NCBI RefSeq assembly: GCF_963921235.1 | Contig: NC_086107.1 | Location: forward strand, 108,936,001 to 109,000,000 | DNA: 64,000 nt | DNA from: Mobula hypostoma | Taxonomy: Eukaryota | Reading direction: 5' to 3' | In this document: positions 51,291 to 63,184 of the stretch, one piece after another | How the letters are laid out: each line of letters starts with the position of its first letter | How positions within the stretch are numbered: the first letter of the stretch is position 1 | The notes under the pieces: model-generated | Database searches by the model: none | What the model was told of the DNA's origin: nothing | What the model saw: the letters and a program-made list of their open reading frames with translations, nothing else | Position numbers and translations under genes: made by a program

Positions 51291-51884
51291 TGTCGGTGAT
51301 TATTTAAAAATACAGTACAAGCAAGCACGGTAAAATTTAAGCTATGAGAAAAATATTAATTTTTTTGCACTCTAATCCAACACTCCAGAAGAGGTATCAG
51401 ACAACCTCACCAGAAAAACTTGGAGAGTGAGGAAGACCAGATTTGCAAACTGTCCTTGGGACGAGGACCCCTAATTGCTTCCAACAAGAAAGATAGTCAG
51501 GAAGATCAGACAGCAATGTTGAGGGTTGGAAACCCTGTTCATCTAAATGAATAATTTCTTGGAAATAAATGGGTAATCACGAGGCTTAGCAAATTGACAC
51601 CTCTTCTGTGTGAGATTACTTCCTGAAAGACAATGCCTCTGATTGAACTATAATTGAGTTCGTTGGTGTCATTAGATTACTGTCTACCCACTTCTTTCAT
51701 TATTAATTTTGAACCATTTCTCTTAAAAGGGCAATATTGTTGCTGTGAGTTTTTTTATACATAGCTACAAGATATCTGTTGGATTGGAAGGAGACTTGGT
51801 ATTTTTCCTGCTATGATCAGTCAGCTCACATCCTCTGCCTCTTGTCTCTGGAAAGTGTGAGAAATTTCAAGTTCCTGCATGCCA

Positions 51885-52499
51885 GTCTCTCTGAGGATCA
51901 ATCCTGGCCCTAATGTATTGATGCAGCTACAAAGAAAGCACGGCGGTAGCTGTATTTCATTCGGAGATATGGTACATCACCAAAAACATTCTCAAATTTC
52001 TACAGATGTGCCATGGAGAGCATTCTAACTGGCTCCATCACCCACTGGTATGGGGGTGGGGGGTAGTTACTGCACAGGATTGAAAGAAGCTGCAGAGAGT
52101 TGTAAACTTAGTCAGCTCCATCATGGGCACGAGCCTCCGTTGTATCTAGGACATCTTCAAGGAGCGATGCCTCAGGAAGGCGGCGTCCATCATTAAGGAC
52201 CCCCATCACCCAAGACATGCCCTCTTCTCATTGCTACTGTCAGGGAGGAGGTACAGAAGCCTGAAGGCACACACTCAACAATTCAGGTACAGCTTCTTCC
52301 CCTCCGCCACCCAATTTCTGAACGGACATTGTACTTTTTTATTTCTATTTTTGCACTACCTATTTAATTTAACTATCATTTATATATACCTACTGTAATT
52401 CATGTTTTTTTCTATTATTGTGTTGCATTGAACTGCTGCCACAAAGACAACGAACTTCACGACATATGCCGGTGATATGAAACCTGATTCTGATTCTGA
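51885..52499 (+). mobile_element. Rex1/Babar 3' end
   Basis: Same family as the 48078 and 63185 copies; (CTGATT)n tail. Confidence 0.82.
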
Positions 52500-52629
52500 A
52501 ACAGGAGGTTGTGGTGGCAACCCTCGCTCTGTGTAGCAGGAGCACAAAGTTCTAGGCTACCGTGGAAGTGTTGCATGGTGAGAGGGCTGGAGTGGGGTCG
52601 CTCAGCTGAGATAGTAAGCATAAACTACG

Positions 52630-53207
52630 TGTAACTCTCACTTCGGCTAGCGGGTTAATCTAGGGGAAGACAGTCCCCCGGCCCGGCCAAACATAAGAAA
52701 TGTCGTTTGGGTGGATACTGCGCAATGTGTCCCCTGTTACAAATCAGTACCACGAAATAACAAACAGTACACAATATGCGATTAAACGATTGAGGTTTAC
52801 AATTCATATTTGACTATATGGCTAGTAAAGAAAACTAAAAAAGAAAATGGGCCCATTCTCATTAAACAGTTTATTGCGCAAAGGTGGAGCTCACTGATAA
52901 AGCCGTTCGTCCACTATCGACCTCCTCCAATCGTCGCTGACCTTCAGATCCTCGTTCCGTCCACTACGTCGGCGGTCTCCCAGCTCTCTCCATTCGCGTC
53001 TTCTCCCCCCATCTCTTCCCAGCAAAAGACCGCGAATTCCTGACTCCCAGACACACAAGAAAGAACAACATCCTGCTCATTGGCTAGCATGCCCCGTTAT
53101 CTCTAGTCATAGCCCAAACATTGCTGCTACACCGAAACCATTACCTCAACAGTGGAACATTACAGAGAAGCCATTACATTAGCAATGAACTCTTACAGCA
53201 TGTTACA
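52630..53207 (-). mobile_element. Solo LTR
   Basis: TGTAAC...GTTACA termini; 4-bp TSD TACG (52626-52629) / TATG (53208-53211); related to 15309-16002. Confidence 0.8.
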
Positions 53208-54139
53208 TATGACTATGTACTCAGATATATCAGGAAGACCTAATTTTCTTTTACCTTATTTTATTTAGAGATACAGAATGGTAACAGGCCATCCAGCCCA
53301 TCTAGCCTACCATGCCCAATTACACCCATGTGTCCACGTGCATCTTAGTTGAGTCGGTAAATACATATTCTTTCTGTTCCTCTCTGATTATTATTACTAA
53401 GGGCTAGAACCTTATAACAAAATGGCTGTGTTCTCCAAGTTCCATGCATCATTCTTGACTTCTGAAGTTAGAAAAATCACCAGGATCCAACAGGTATAAC
53501 TCCCACTCCATTTTGATGTCATGTTACCTCACCCACCCCCCCCCCGCCTTTAATTACACAGGGCTTATTTGCAGTCTCTCTGAGAGAATGCAACTAATTC
53601 CCCCTGTTGGATTCTGATATTTTTTAATCCAAGATTCTTTCGGAAGTCAGGAAAGAAGCACAAAACTTCTTGCTTCACGATCATTTATTAAGATTAGTAG
53701 TACAAGGGCAATCGAAAAACAGTGTTAAAAGTAATTGAAGAAAGAAAGAAAGAAGCAAAAAGACGGTGAAGGCTCGTGGCCAGCTCTTTTTTATTTTCAT
53801 AGATAAGGAACATTCTATTTAAATTCGCAGATAAGAGTCAACTAATGAGATAGCCCCTATTCAAGTAATGCAACACAGTGCTAAATTGAACTGAACTGAG
53901 CTGAAGTGAATATGCCTGGAGTGTTTCAATGATCTGTGGTTTGGTGTTTTATAATCTGTGTTTTTCACTCATTTGTTTTTTTTTACCACTTGCTAATTTG
54001 TTCTTTTTTTGTGCATTGGGGGTTTGATGTTTTTCTTTGAATGGGGTCCATGGTTTTCTTTCTTTGTTTTATGGCTGTCAGTGGGAAGACAAATCTCATT
54101 TGATGGTAAATGTACTTTTGAAGCTTCTGGAATTAAATA

Positions 54140-54256
54140 ACTGTAACCATAGGGGACACACTAAAACAATTGCATATACATACTGTGACCATTAGGGGAC
54201 ATACTAAATAATTACATATACATATTGTAACCACTAGGAAATATACTAAACAGTTA
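54140..54256. repeat. 42-bp tandem repeat, ~2.8 copies
   Basis: Units ACTGTAACCA...CATATACAT at 54140, 54182 and 54224. Confidence 0.75.
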
Positions 54257-54531
54257 CTAAGTAGTTATAAAATGCTATCTATTATAGAATTCTATAGGTA
54301 CAATGTATCTACAATGCTTCCTTTGAATTACATATAATTTTCACACCCCCTTCTTTGCACCCAGACTCCAGACACACAAAGTGAATGTTAATCAGCATTG
54401 TCTGGTTTTCAATTAACTGCTGTCTACAGCTCAAGGAAACTATTGTCCAGACCTGCATCTTAAGTTTAATCTGCAATCCATGTTCAGGTCTAAAGATTGG
54501 TTGCTGAAGTTGATATTTTGCTATATAACCT

Positions 54532-55190
54532 GGCGCGGCCTCTCCGGTGATGAATATCTGTTATCTGTCAAGTAGGATGCCGTGCACAATTCTGATTTGA
54601 TGGAGGCAGACGTGACAGCACGAAGGAACATCTGGTGAAACTTCTGAAATGCCTGTTTCGCTGCCGCTGTTACTGTGCGATCTAGAATCTCCGGAGGGGA
54701 AGGCGCCAAAGCCTCGGTTTTACCTGTTGCTTGGCGGCTGGGGCCGGGGTTGAAGCGCTCGGCAGGGATGGTGCCGGTGCTCGGTGTCGGAGGGCTGGTC
54801 GAAGGCTCGAAGTTTTCGGACGGACTCAGAGTCGGACTGTGGATGGGCGCTTCCAGGATGCTGCATCGGCAAGTTTGCGCCGCTGGAAGCTCATGGCAGG
54901 GAGAGTTTCTCCCTTCTACTGTCTGCGTGAGAAGTTGGGGCTATCGGGACTTTGAGACTTTCTGTTACCGTGCCCATGGTCTGCTCTTATCAAATTACAG
55001 TACTGCTTTGCACTGTTGTAACTATATGTTATAATTATGTGGTTTTTGTCAGTTTTAGTCTTGGTCTGTCTTGTGTTTCTGTGATATCATACTGGAGGAA
55101 CATTGTATCATTTTTTAATGCATGCATTTCTAAATGACAATTATCGAGGACTGAGTGTCCTCATAATCTAAAAATCTAAAATCTAAAATG
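54532..55190 (+). mobile_element. ~680-bp YY1-headed element, copy E (head slightly truncated)
   Basis: Same body and hairpin; TAACCT duplicated at 54526-54531 and 55191-55196. Confidence 0.88.
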
Positions 55191-55554
55191 TAACCTAACT
55201 CCACAGTACTCCCTAACAATAGTATTGGATTAAATTGGTTTACTATTCTCACAGATACAGTGCAGGACATTGCTCTGTGTGGCATCCATACAGATCATTT
55301 CAAAATTTCACTATATAAAGATAGCACGAAGGGAAAGGCAGTAACAGAATACAGAATATCATGTTACAGTTACAAAGAAAACACAGCACAGGTAGATAAT
55401 AAAGTTCCAGAGCCCCAATGAGATAGGTTATGAGGTAAGAAGTTCATCTTCATCATACAAAACAACCATTCAAGAAGTCTTATAGCAGTGGGATAAAAAT
55501 TATCCTTGAGGCTGCTAGTGTGTGTTTTTAAGCTTTTGTATCATCTAAACATGA

Positions 55555-55745
55555 GCAAGTCTGCTGATGCAGGAAATCTAAAGCAACACACACAAAATAC
55601 TGGAGGAACTCAGCAAGTCAGGCAGCATTTATGGAAATGAATAAACTGTCAACATTTTGGGCCACGGCCGTTCTTCAGGATTGGAAAGGAAGGGGAAGAT
55701 GCCAGAATAAAAAGCTGAAGGGAGGGGAAGGAGGATAACAAAAAG
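55555..55745 (-). mobile_element. Degraded PLE 3' repeat (continues at ~56296-56540)
   Basis: Matches the PLE terminal repeat at 45221-45720; decayed hammerhead. Confidence 0.65.
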
Positions 55746-55771
55746 GTATCCAAATGCCCTATTTGGATACC

Positions 55772-56214
55772 TACACCAACAGAATCAACAAACTCATTCG
55801 TAAGGCCAGCGATGTTGTGGGGATGGAACTGGACTCTCTGACGGTGGTGTCTGAAAAGAGGATGTTGTCCAAGTTGCATGCCATCTTGGACAATGTCTCC
55901 CATCCACTACATAATGTACTGGTTGGGCACAGGAGTACATTCAGCCAGAGACTCATTCCACCGAGATGCAACACCGAGCGTCATAGGAAGTCATTCCTGC
56001 CTGTGGCCATCAAATTTTACAACTCCTCCCTTGGAGGGTCAGACACTCTGAGCCAACAGGCAGGTCCTGGACTTATTTCCTGGCATAATTTACATATTAC
56101 TATTTAACTATTTATGGTTTTATTACTATTTAATTATTTATGGTGCAACTGTAACGAAAACCATTTTCCCCCGGGATCAATAAAGTATGACTATGACTGT
56201 GACTACTATGACTA
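55772..56214 (+). mobile_element. Rex1/Babar 3' end (young)
   Basis: Near-identical to 31085-31516; (ATGACT)n tail. Confidence 0.9.
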
Positions 56215-57499
56215 TTAGTCGAAGATCTGTTTGTATTTCACTTCTGAAGTCCAGAACTGTCCACAGAATTGGTATTTATTACCCAGTCTGCTCTCTTAGT
56301 GAAGCCAGGTAGGTTGGAAAGGTAAAGGATTGGAGAAGAAGGAATCTGATAGGAGAGGAGAGTGGACCACGGGAGAAAGGAAAGAAAGAGGGGACCCAGA
56401 GGAAGGTGGTAGGCTGGTGAGAAGAGGTAAGGGGCCAGAGTGGGGACTAGAAGTAGAGGAGAGGGGGAGGGAATTTTTCATACTGGAAGGAGAAATCAAT
56501 ATTCATTCCATCAGATTGGAGGCTACACAGACAGAATATAATTTTCTGCCTGATAGAAGTGGAGTAGAACAGAGAATACCCAGAGTGGAGGGGTACTTGA
56601 TTACGTTGGCTGCTTCACTGAGGCAGGAGGAAGTATAGACAGAGTATACTGATGGAACACTGTTTTCCGTGATGAGCTGAGGTGTGCCGAATTTCCTTAG
56701 CCTTCCAAAAAAGTTAAGGCACTGGTGTTCTTTCTTGGCCATTGTGTCTGGATATGGTTGAACCAGGCTAAGCTAGTGGTGAGTTCTAGCCAATACTAAT
56801 ACATTCATTATAACGAGTGCGAGAGTGGCCTCTATCCAACATTAGTACACTCATCGGAATAAAGGAACGAGTGTCTCTCCTTCCCCTAAATCTCCTCTTG
56901 GTTGCAAGCAAAAAAAAAAATTAGAAGAAATCTTAAGTAAAGAAATAGATCCCCCAAGACTTTCATCAGATCAGGCAGCATCAGGGCAATAAAAGGGCAT
57001 CAGGGATGTTCACTCTATTCCTCTCTCCACAGATGCTGCTTGAACTGTCTTGATGAAAGGTCTCAGCCTGAAATGTCAACTGTTTACTCTTTTCCATAGA
57101 TGCTGCCTGGCCTGCTGAGTTCCTCCAACACTTTGTGTGTGTTACTTTGGATTTTCCAGTGTCTACAGATCTTCTTGAGTTTGTTGAGCTGATATTACTG
57201 GCATTGGTATTGGTTTATTATTGTCACGTGTACCAAGATACAGTGAAAGGCTTGTCTTGCATACTGTTCATACAGATCAGATCACACAGTGCATTGAGGA
57301 AGAGCAAGGTAAGACAATAACAGTGCAGAATAAAGTGTAAAATCTACAGAAAAAGTGCAGTGCAGGTAAATGATAAAGTACAAGATCATAAGGAAATAGA
57401 TTGTGAGGTCAGGAGTCCATGTTGTGAAACAACTTTCATGACGTACAGCATGTCAGTGACAATAAATCTAATTCCAATTCTGATTCTGATCTCATCATG

Positions 57500-57692
57500 C
57501 CAGGAGATTGTGAGATCAAATCTCCATCTTACTTTACCAGGAGACTGTGAGATCAAATCTCCATCTTATTTTACCAGGAGATTGTGAGATTAAGAGACCA
57601 GCTTATTTTACCAGAAGATTGTGAAATCAAACGTCCATCTTATTTTACCAGGAGGTTGTGAAATTAAGAGTCCGTCTTTTCATACCAGGAGA
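57500..57692. repeat. 37-bp minisatellite, ~5 copies
   Basis: Units CCAGGAGATTGTGAGATCAAATCTCCATCTTATTTTA at 57500, 57537, 57574, 57611 and 57648. Confidence 0.9.
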
Positions 57693-58714
57693 TTTGTAAG
57701 ACATGAGATTTTTTGGATGTTTATTGCCTTATTTCAGATTTCTATTTCTTCAGTTTTTTCTGCTGGTGACCAAGGGAAGATTGGAGGGAGGGAGAATGCA
57801 CTGAGAGAGAAGAATGGGCAATAAATACCAATTCTATGGACTCTTCTGGGCTTCAGAAGTGAACTACAAAGAGATCCTCAACTAATGGGGCATTTGGACT
57901 AATTTCTAATTTGAAAGATATTGGTTGAGGTACCTTGAGATTAAATTCTCAATTCCTGGAGACTCCCAGATTGTTAGGGAATGCTGGCAATGCCAATTTT
58001 CCCTCACTCCACGGGCAACCCTTTTGGAAGAGACGTAGGGGAGCTGAGGTTTATTCTTCACTCAATGCCGTCAAAGGATATTTTGCTTTTTTTGTGGGAT
58101 CTTGCTGTGCTACGTTTTGTGGGATCTTGCTGTGCCTATATATAAAGAGCTTTTGACTGGCTGTGGAGCTCTTTGGAACATTTTGAAAAGGATGCAAATA
58201 TTCTACAGAAATATAGGACTTTCTCTTTTATAGGCCGCCGATACTTCACGCTTCCAGAATGTTCCTTTTGTCCAGTATTCCGGCTGTCACAGTGGACACT
58301 CGCAGAGGTGACTCTGTTGAAGATACACATAAGGCAGACTGTGGAGACGGAGAGACCGGACAGGAGGGAAGCTGCTGATGAGAAACTGTCTCACATCATT
58401 GCATGATGCTTGGACCAGGGTGCCTAGCAACCGTGTGTCATTTGCGATTTGACTCAAAGTCCTGCCAGACTGCGGGAGTGAGATGAGATGAGGGGAAAAA
58501 AAAATAATCATTTCGAAGCTGAATTTTGCTTCCTGAGTATAGGCTGCGTTAACAGTGACATTGTCTACACTTCTCTCTGCCTTTTCCCAGGACACCAGCT
58601 CCTGAGGCTTCAAAGTCTTCCTGTGGACCAACTAGCCAATTCTTATCATGTGTCTATCCTGTACTCAGGGAGTGGACAGGACAGTATAATGGGAGCATTA
58701 CTCTGTACCAAATT

Positions 58715-59082
58715 CAAGCTCGTCAGCTGTAGTTAGCAGCTCATCTAGGAAAAGGAAAACTCAAATCTCAAACCTCCGCTGCCTTGCAGCCATACACACT
58801 CATGGGGAAGACTTTGAGAGTAAACTCCAAGGAAAAATCTGGAGCTGGAGTCCCTAAGGCAGTCCCATGTTGAGTTCAACGCTGACTGGCAACTCCTGCA
58901 ACACCACTGGTACCAAACTGTATTGGTCTCTGCAGCTCCTTTGGACTCATCGGCTGTGTGGAAAGGGGGAGCGTGCTACATGGGCAACAGCTTGCTCTCC
59001 AAATCATATGCCCTGGATTGTATGTCATGTAGACAGCTGGAATGAAGCATTCATGGTTGACCCCGACCAATGCAGAGCCTCA
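58715..59082 (+). mobile_element. RTE-like non-autonomous element sharing its 3' half with the CORE-SINE at 32170
   Basis: CTGGTACCAAACTGTATTGG...CATGGGCAAC aligns with the reverse complement of ~32288-32372. Confidence 0.5.
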
Positions 59083-59290
59083 ATCCAGTTCCAGTTTGCT
59101 TTCCTTTCAGCCTTCCCCCTATAATAATGGAAGTCAAGATCGTGCAGATGTTGAAAATCAGAGATAAAAACAAATTGTTGACATTTAAACCAAATGAAAC
59201 GCAGCACGCCACAAACCAGACTAGACAACGACTTTGCCCATAATTATTAATTAACAGCTCAGAGATAAACCACATCATATTAAACTAATA

Positions 59291-59510
59291 CAGACAAAAT
59301 GCTGGAGGAACTCAGCAGGTCTAGCAGCATCTCTGGACAGGAAAAATCTGACAACATTTCAGGCCGAGACCCTTCAACAGTCTTGCTGAAGGGTCTCAGC
59401 CTGAAACATCGACTGTTTATTCCTCCCTATTGATGCTGCCTGGCCTGCTGAGTTCCTGTGGCATTTTGTGCAAGTTATTCTGGATTTTCAGTATCAACAG
59501 AATCTCTCGT
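59291..59510. mobile_element. Fold-back PLE-derived short element
   Basis: Palindrome centred near 59378: TTTCAGGCCGAGACCCTTCA / TGAAGGGTCTCAGCCTGAAA. Confidence 0.75.
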
Positions 59511-59922
59511 ATCAAGCTAATTTCATTAACTCTTTGGCTATTCTTTCAGCAGGTTCATAACCTCCAGAACTGATTAAGACTATTCAGATACTACCTGCTC
59601 TGAATGAACCTGGCCAAGGTTCGATGAGGTGAGATCCTCCCTGAGTTGGAGACTGCCGATCTTATGTTATAGGTATCAGATCAGAAGATGATGGTGCCAG
59701 GGAACACCGTGACCAAGAGTGACATCCTCCAGACGGTTCACGAAACTACTTCTTTCACTTCTTTTACATCTTCCTTCCCTTTCAAATGTGGTACTGGTTC
59801 TGTCGGAGCCTGTGGTCTACATGTTGGCGGTGCGTTTTTGGGCCGATTGAGCAACCCATGACTTTGCTGTCTCCAAGGGTGTTCTATGAGGCATGCGGCC
59901 TCAAGGCCAAGAAGCCTGGAAG

Positions 59923-60608
59923 GTTATTAGATTATGAGGACACTCAGTCCTCGTTTATTGTCATTTAGAAATGCATGCATTAAAAAATGATGCAACGTTC
60001 CTCCAGAATGATATCACAAGAAACACAGGACAAACCAAGACTAAAACTGACAAAACCACATAATTATAACATATAGTTACAACAGTGCAAAGCAATACCA
60101 TAATTTGATAAAGAGCAGACCATGGGCACGGTAAAAAAAAGTCTCAAAGTCCCGATAGACTCATCATCTCACACAGGCGGCAGAATGGAAGAACTCTCCC
60201 TGCCATGAACCTCCAAGCGCCGCCAACTCGCCAATGCAGCACCATTGGAAGCTCCCGACTGCAGCGGACTCTGAGCTCATCCGAAAACTTCGAGCCTCCA
60301 ACCAGCCCCTCCGATACAGCCTCTCCGAGCACCATCCTCTGCCGAGCTCTTCAACCCTGTCCCGGCCACCGAGGAACAAACAAAGCCGAGGACTCGGGGC
60401 ATTCCCCTCCGGAGATTCCGGACCACACAGTAGCAGCAGCAGTGAAGCAGGCATTTCAGAAGTTTCACCAGATGTTCCTCCGTGCTCTCACGTCCGTCTC
60501 CATCAAATCAGGATTGTGCACGGCACACTACTTGACAAATAACAGGCATCACCACCGGAGTGGCTGCTGCGAACTGCGTCACGCCGCCATTTTCTCCTCC
60601 TCCTCCTC
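59923..60608 (-). mobile_element. ~680-bp YY1-headed element, copy F
   Basis: (GGA)n GAAAATGGCGGCG head; tail hairpin; TSD CCTGGAAG at 59915-59922 and 60609-60616. Confidence 0.92.
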
Positions 60609-61754
60609 CCTGGAAGTGGATGGTGATCCCATAATCAACTCCATTTCTCGCCGACTAAAGCACCAAGGAAGTGAAATCATCCAGGTGGGAGTGGAAGGCA
60701 TGCGGGTGTTCAGAGCTGTCTATCAGCCTCTCACTCTCTGCTGTTTGGGGGAAGCTGCACGTGATGCGCTCTCTCTCTCTCTCTCACTGCTCCTGAAGGA
60801 AGACCCCTGCGTTTGAATAGTCTCCTTCTCCCTCGATGCTGTTGGAGGATGATGCTGGAGTTCTGGGTCTGCGGTTTGTGGTTTGGACTCTGTCGTTCAC
60901 GTTATCATGTGTTCTAGTTTCTGGTCACTCCTTTTTTTTTGTTGCTGTTTTGAGTGACTTTGAATCGGGGGCAACCTGCAGATAACAAATTCTGAGCTGA
61001 AGTGAATATGCCTGGACCCTTTTGATTTTGTGTTTTATACTCTGTGTTTCTTTTTGCTTGTTTTTTTTTGTTGCCATTTGCACGATTTGTTTTTTGTTTG
61101 TGCGTGGGCGGGGTTGATGTTTTCTTTGTTTCGTGGCTGTCTCTGAGGTAGATGAATCACAGGGCTGTATACTGCGTAAATACTTTGATAATAAATGTAC
61201 TTTGAATCTTTAAATCATACAGCTCTACAGCACAGAAGCAGCCAATACTCTGTAATTGTTGGTCTCCAGAGTTGGAGTCCGATTCAGATTTATTTATCGT
61301 GTACATCAAGACAGACAGTGAAATGCACTGTTTGTGTTAACAACCAACACACCCAAGGACGTGCTGGGGGCAGCCCACAAGTGCTGCCACACATTCTGGC
61401 ACCAACATCACATGCACACAATGCCCAGCAGAGCAACACAGAACACAACAAAACAGAAACCAATTTAATGCAACCAAATTCTCAAGAGGACACTTTTCAT
61501 ACACTTCTTTGTAAACTGTGCAGGCATTGCTTTGAGTTTATAGCCTATTATAGGGATAAAGGCAATTCCTTTTCTGTGTATGTATCTGTTGTTTCAAACT
61601 GTTGCTGGTTTTCATAACCACCTTAGCCACCTGGTCTGCAGTTAACAGAGTTTTGCCTGTACAGTACTGGCCCTGGCAAGATGGTTATCATGACTCCTCA
61701 TGTGTTGTCCTCTAAGAGATCCAGAGATTCCTATTCCTATTAGGAACAGTTAAT

Positions 61755-62113
61755 ATAAGACCATTAGATCTAGGAGCAGAATTAGGCCATTTGACCCACC
61801 GAGTCTGCTCTGCCATTTCACCATGGCTGATCCACCTTCCCTTTCAGCCCCAATCTCCTGCCGTGTCCCCGTATCCCTTCATGCCATGACCAATCAAGAA
61901 TCTGTCAACCTCTACCTTAAAGACATGGCCTCCACAGCCACCTGTGGCAATGAATTCCACAGATCCACCATCATCCAGCTAAAGAATTTCCTCCTCATCT
62001 CCATTCTAACTGGACATCCCTCTATTTTGAAGTTGTGTCATCTGGCCTTAGACTCCCCCACCATAGGAACCATCCTCTCCACACTGAGGTCTTTCAACAT
62101 TCGATAGGTTTCA
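61755..62113 (-). mobile_element. CR1 3' fragment
   Basis: Reverse complement of the CR1 C-terminus and 3'UTR. Confidence 0.8.
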
Positions 62114-62321
62114 TTTGATATGGGGAAGGAAGGGTTACCTGGAGCCTACCGTATCTTTACCTTATCTCTACCCACATAACTTCATATACCTCAATCATGT
62201 CCTCTCAAAAACTCCTCCGCTTCAGGGAAAACTGGCCCAACCTCTCCAGTCACTCCTCATAACTAAACTGTCCATCGCAAGCATGGTGAATCCTGGTGAA
62301 TCTCCTCCGCACCCCGTGTTG

Positions 62322-63104
62322 AACTTCTAGTCAAGATGGCGCCTGAGTACAATGCTCCTGCAGTTGCCATCTTCTGGATAGATCATGAAACCATCTTTTT
62401 CACTTCTCTTATGTCTTTTACATTTGTTTTTCTTCTTAAATGTGATTCTGGAACTGCTGGAGCCTGTGATTTGCAGCTTGGAGATTGTTTGGGTGTTTCA
62501 GCACTCTGCAGTCTCTTAGGGGATTCTGAAAGACAGAGGTAACATGTGGGAACCTCGTGGCAATAAGACTGCGAGCTGATGTTCAACTCCATTTCACCGA
62601 CTAAAGCTTCCATTGTTTGCCAATTAAAGCAAATGAGGGAGATTGAAATGCTGGCTCCCTGCTGTTCTATTGCTGGTGAGATCACTCTGCTGCCAATGTG
62701 GGGAAACTTCCCTTTTATTGCTGGGGGGTTCACTCTGCTCCTGGAGAGGGGAGACTGCACTTTTATTGCTGGTGAGACCGCTCTGCTACGGAAAGGGAGA
62801 ATGTCGTCCAGGTTTTCTGCATTTTGGATGTGGACTTGGACTGTAGACTTTTATTCAGTCTTATGGTATTTTTTAACATTTTGTATTTTTCACTCGACCT
62901 TTCTTGTTTTTTTATGTGCAGAGCAAGGGGATTTGTGGGTCGATGTGTGTGTTCTGTTTTTGTTTGTTTTTTGTATCGGGAGGAAGTGCTTGGGAGTTGA
63001 CGGTCGTGCTGTCGTTCTTTTATCTATTTTATTCTTGTGGCTATCTGGAGAAGAAGAATTTCAGAGTTGTACACTTTGATAATAAATGAACCTTTGAACC
63101 TTTG
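62322..63104 (+). mobile_element. Second YY1-headed non-coding retroelement family
   Basis: Head ACTTCTAGTCAAGATGGCGCC; tail ACTTTGATAATAAATGAACCTTTGAACCTTTG; related older copy at ~59685-61212. Confidence 0.6.
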
Positions 63105-63184
63105 TACCCTCTCCAACACCTTTATAGTGTGGTGACATAGAGATCCCACTCGAGGTGAACTCCTTGTGGTCGGAGCCAGAGGCA

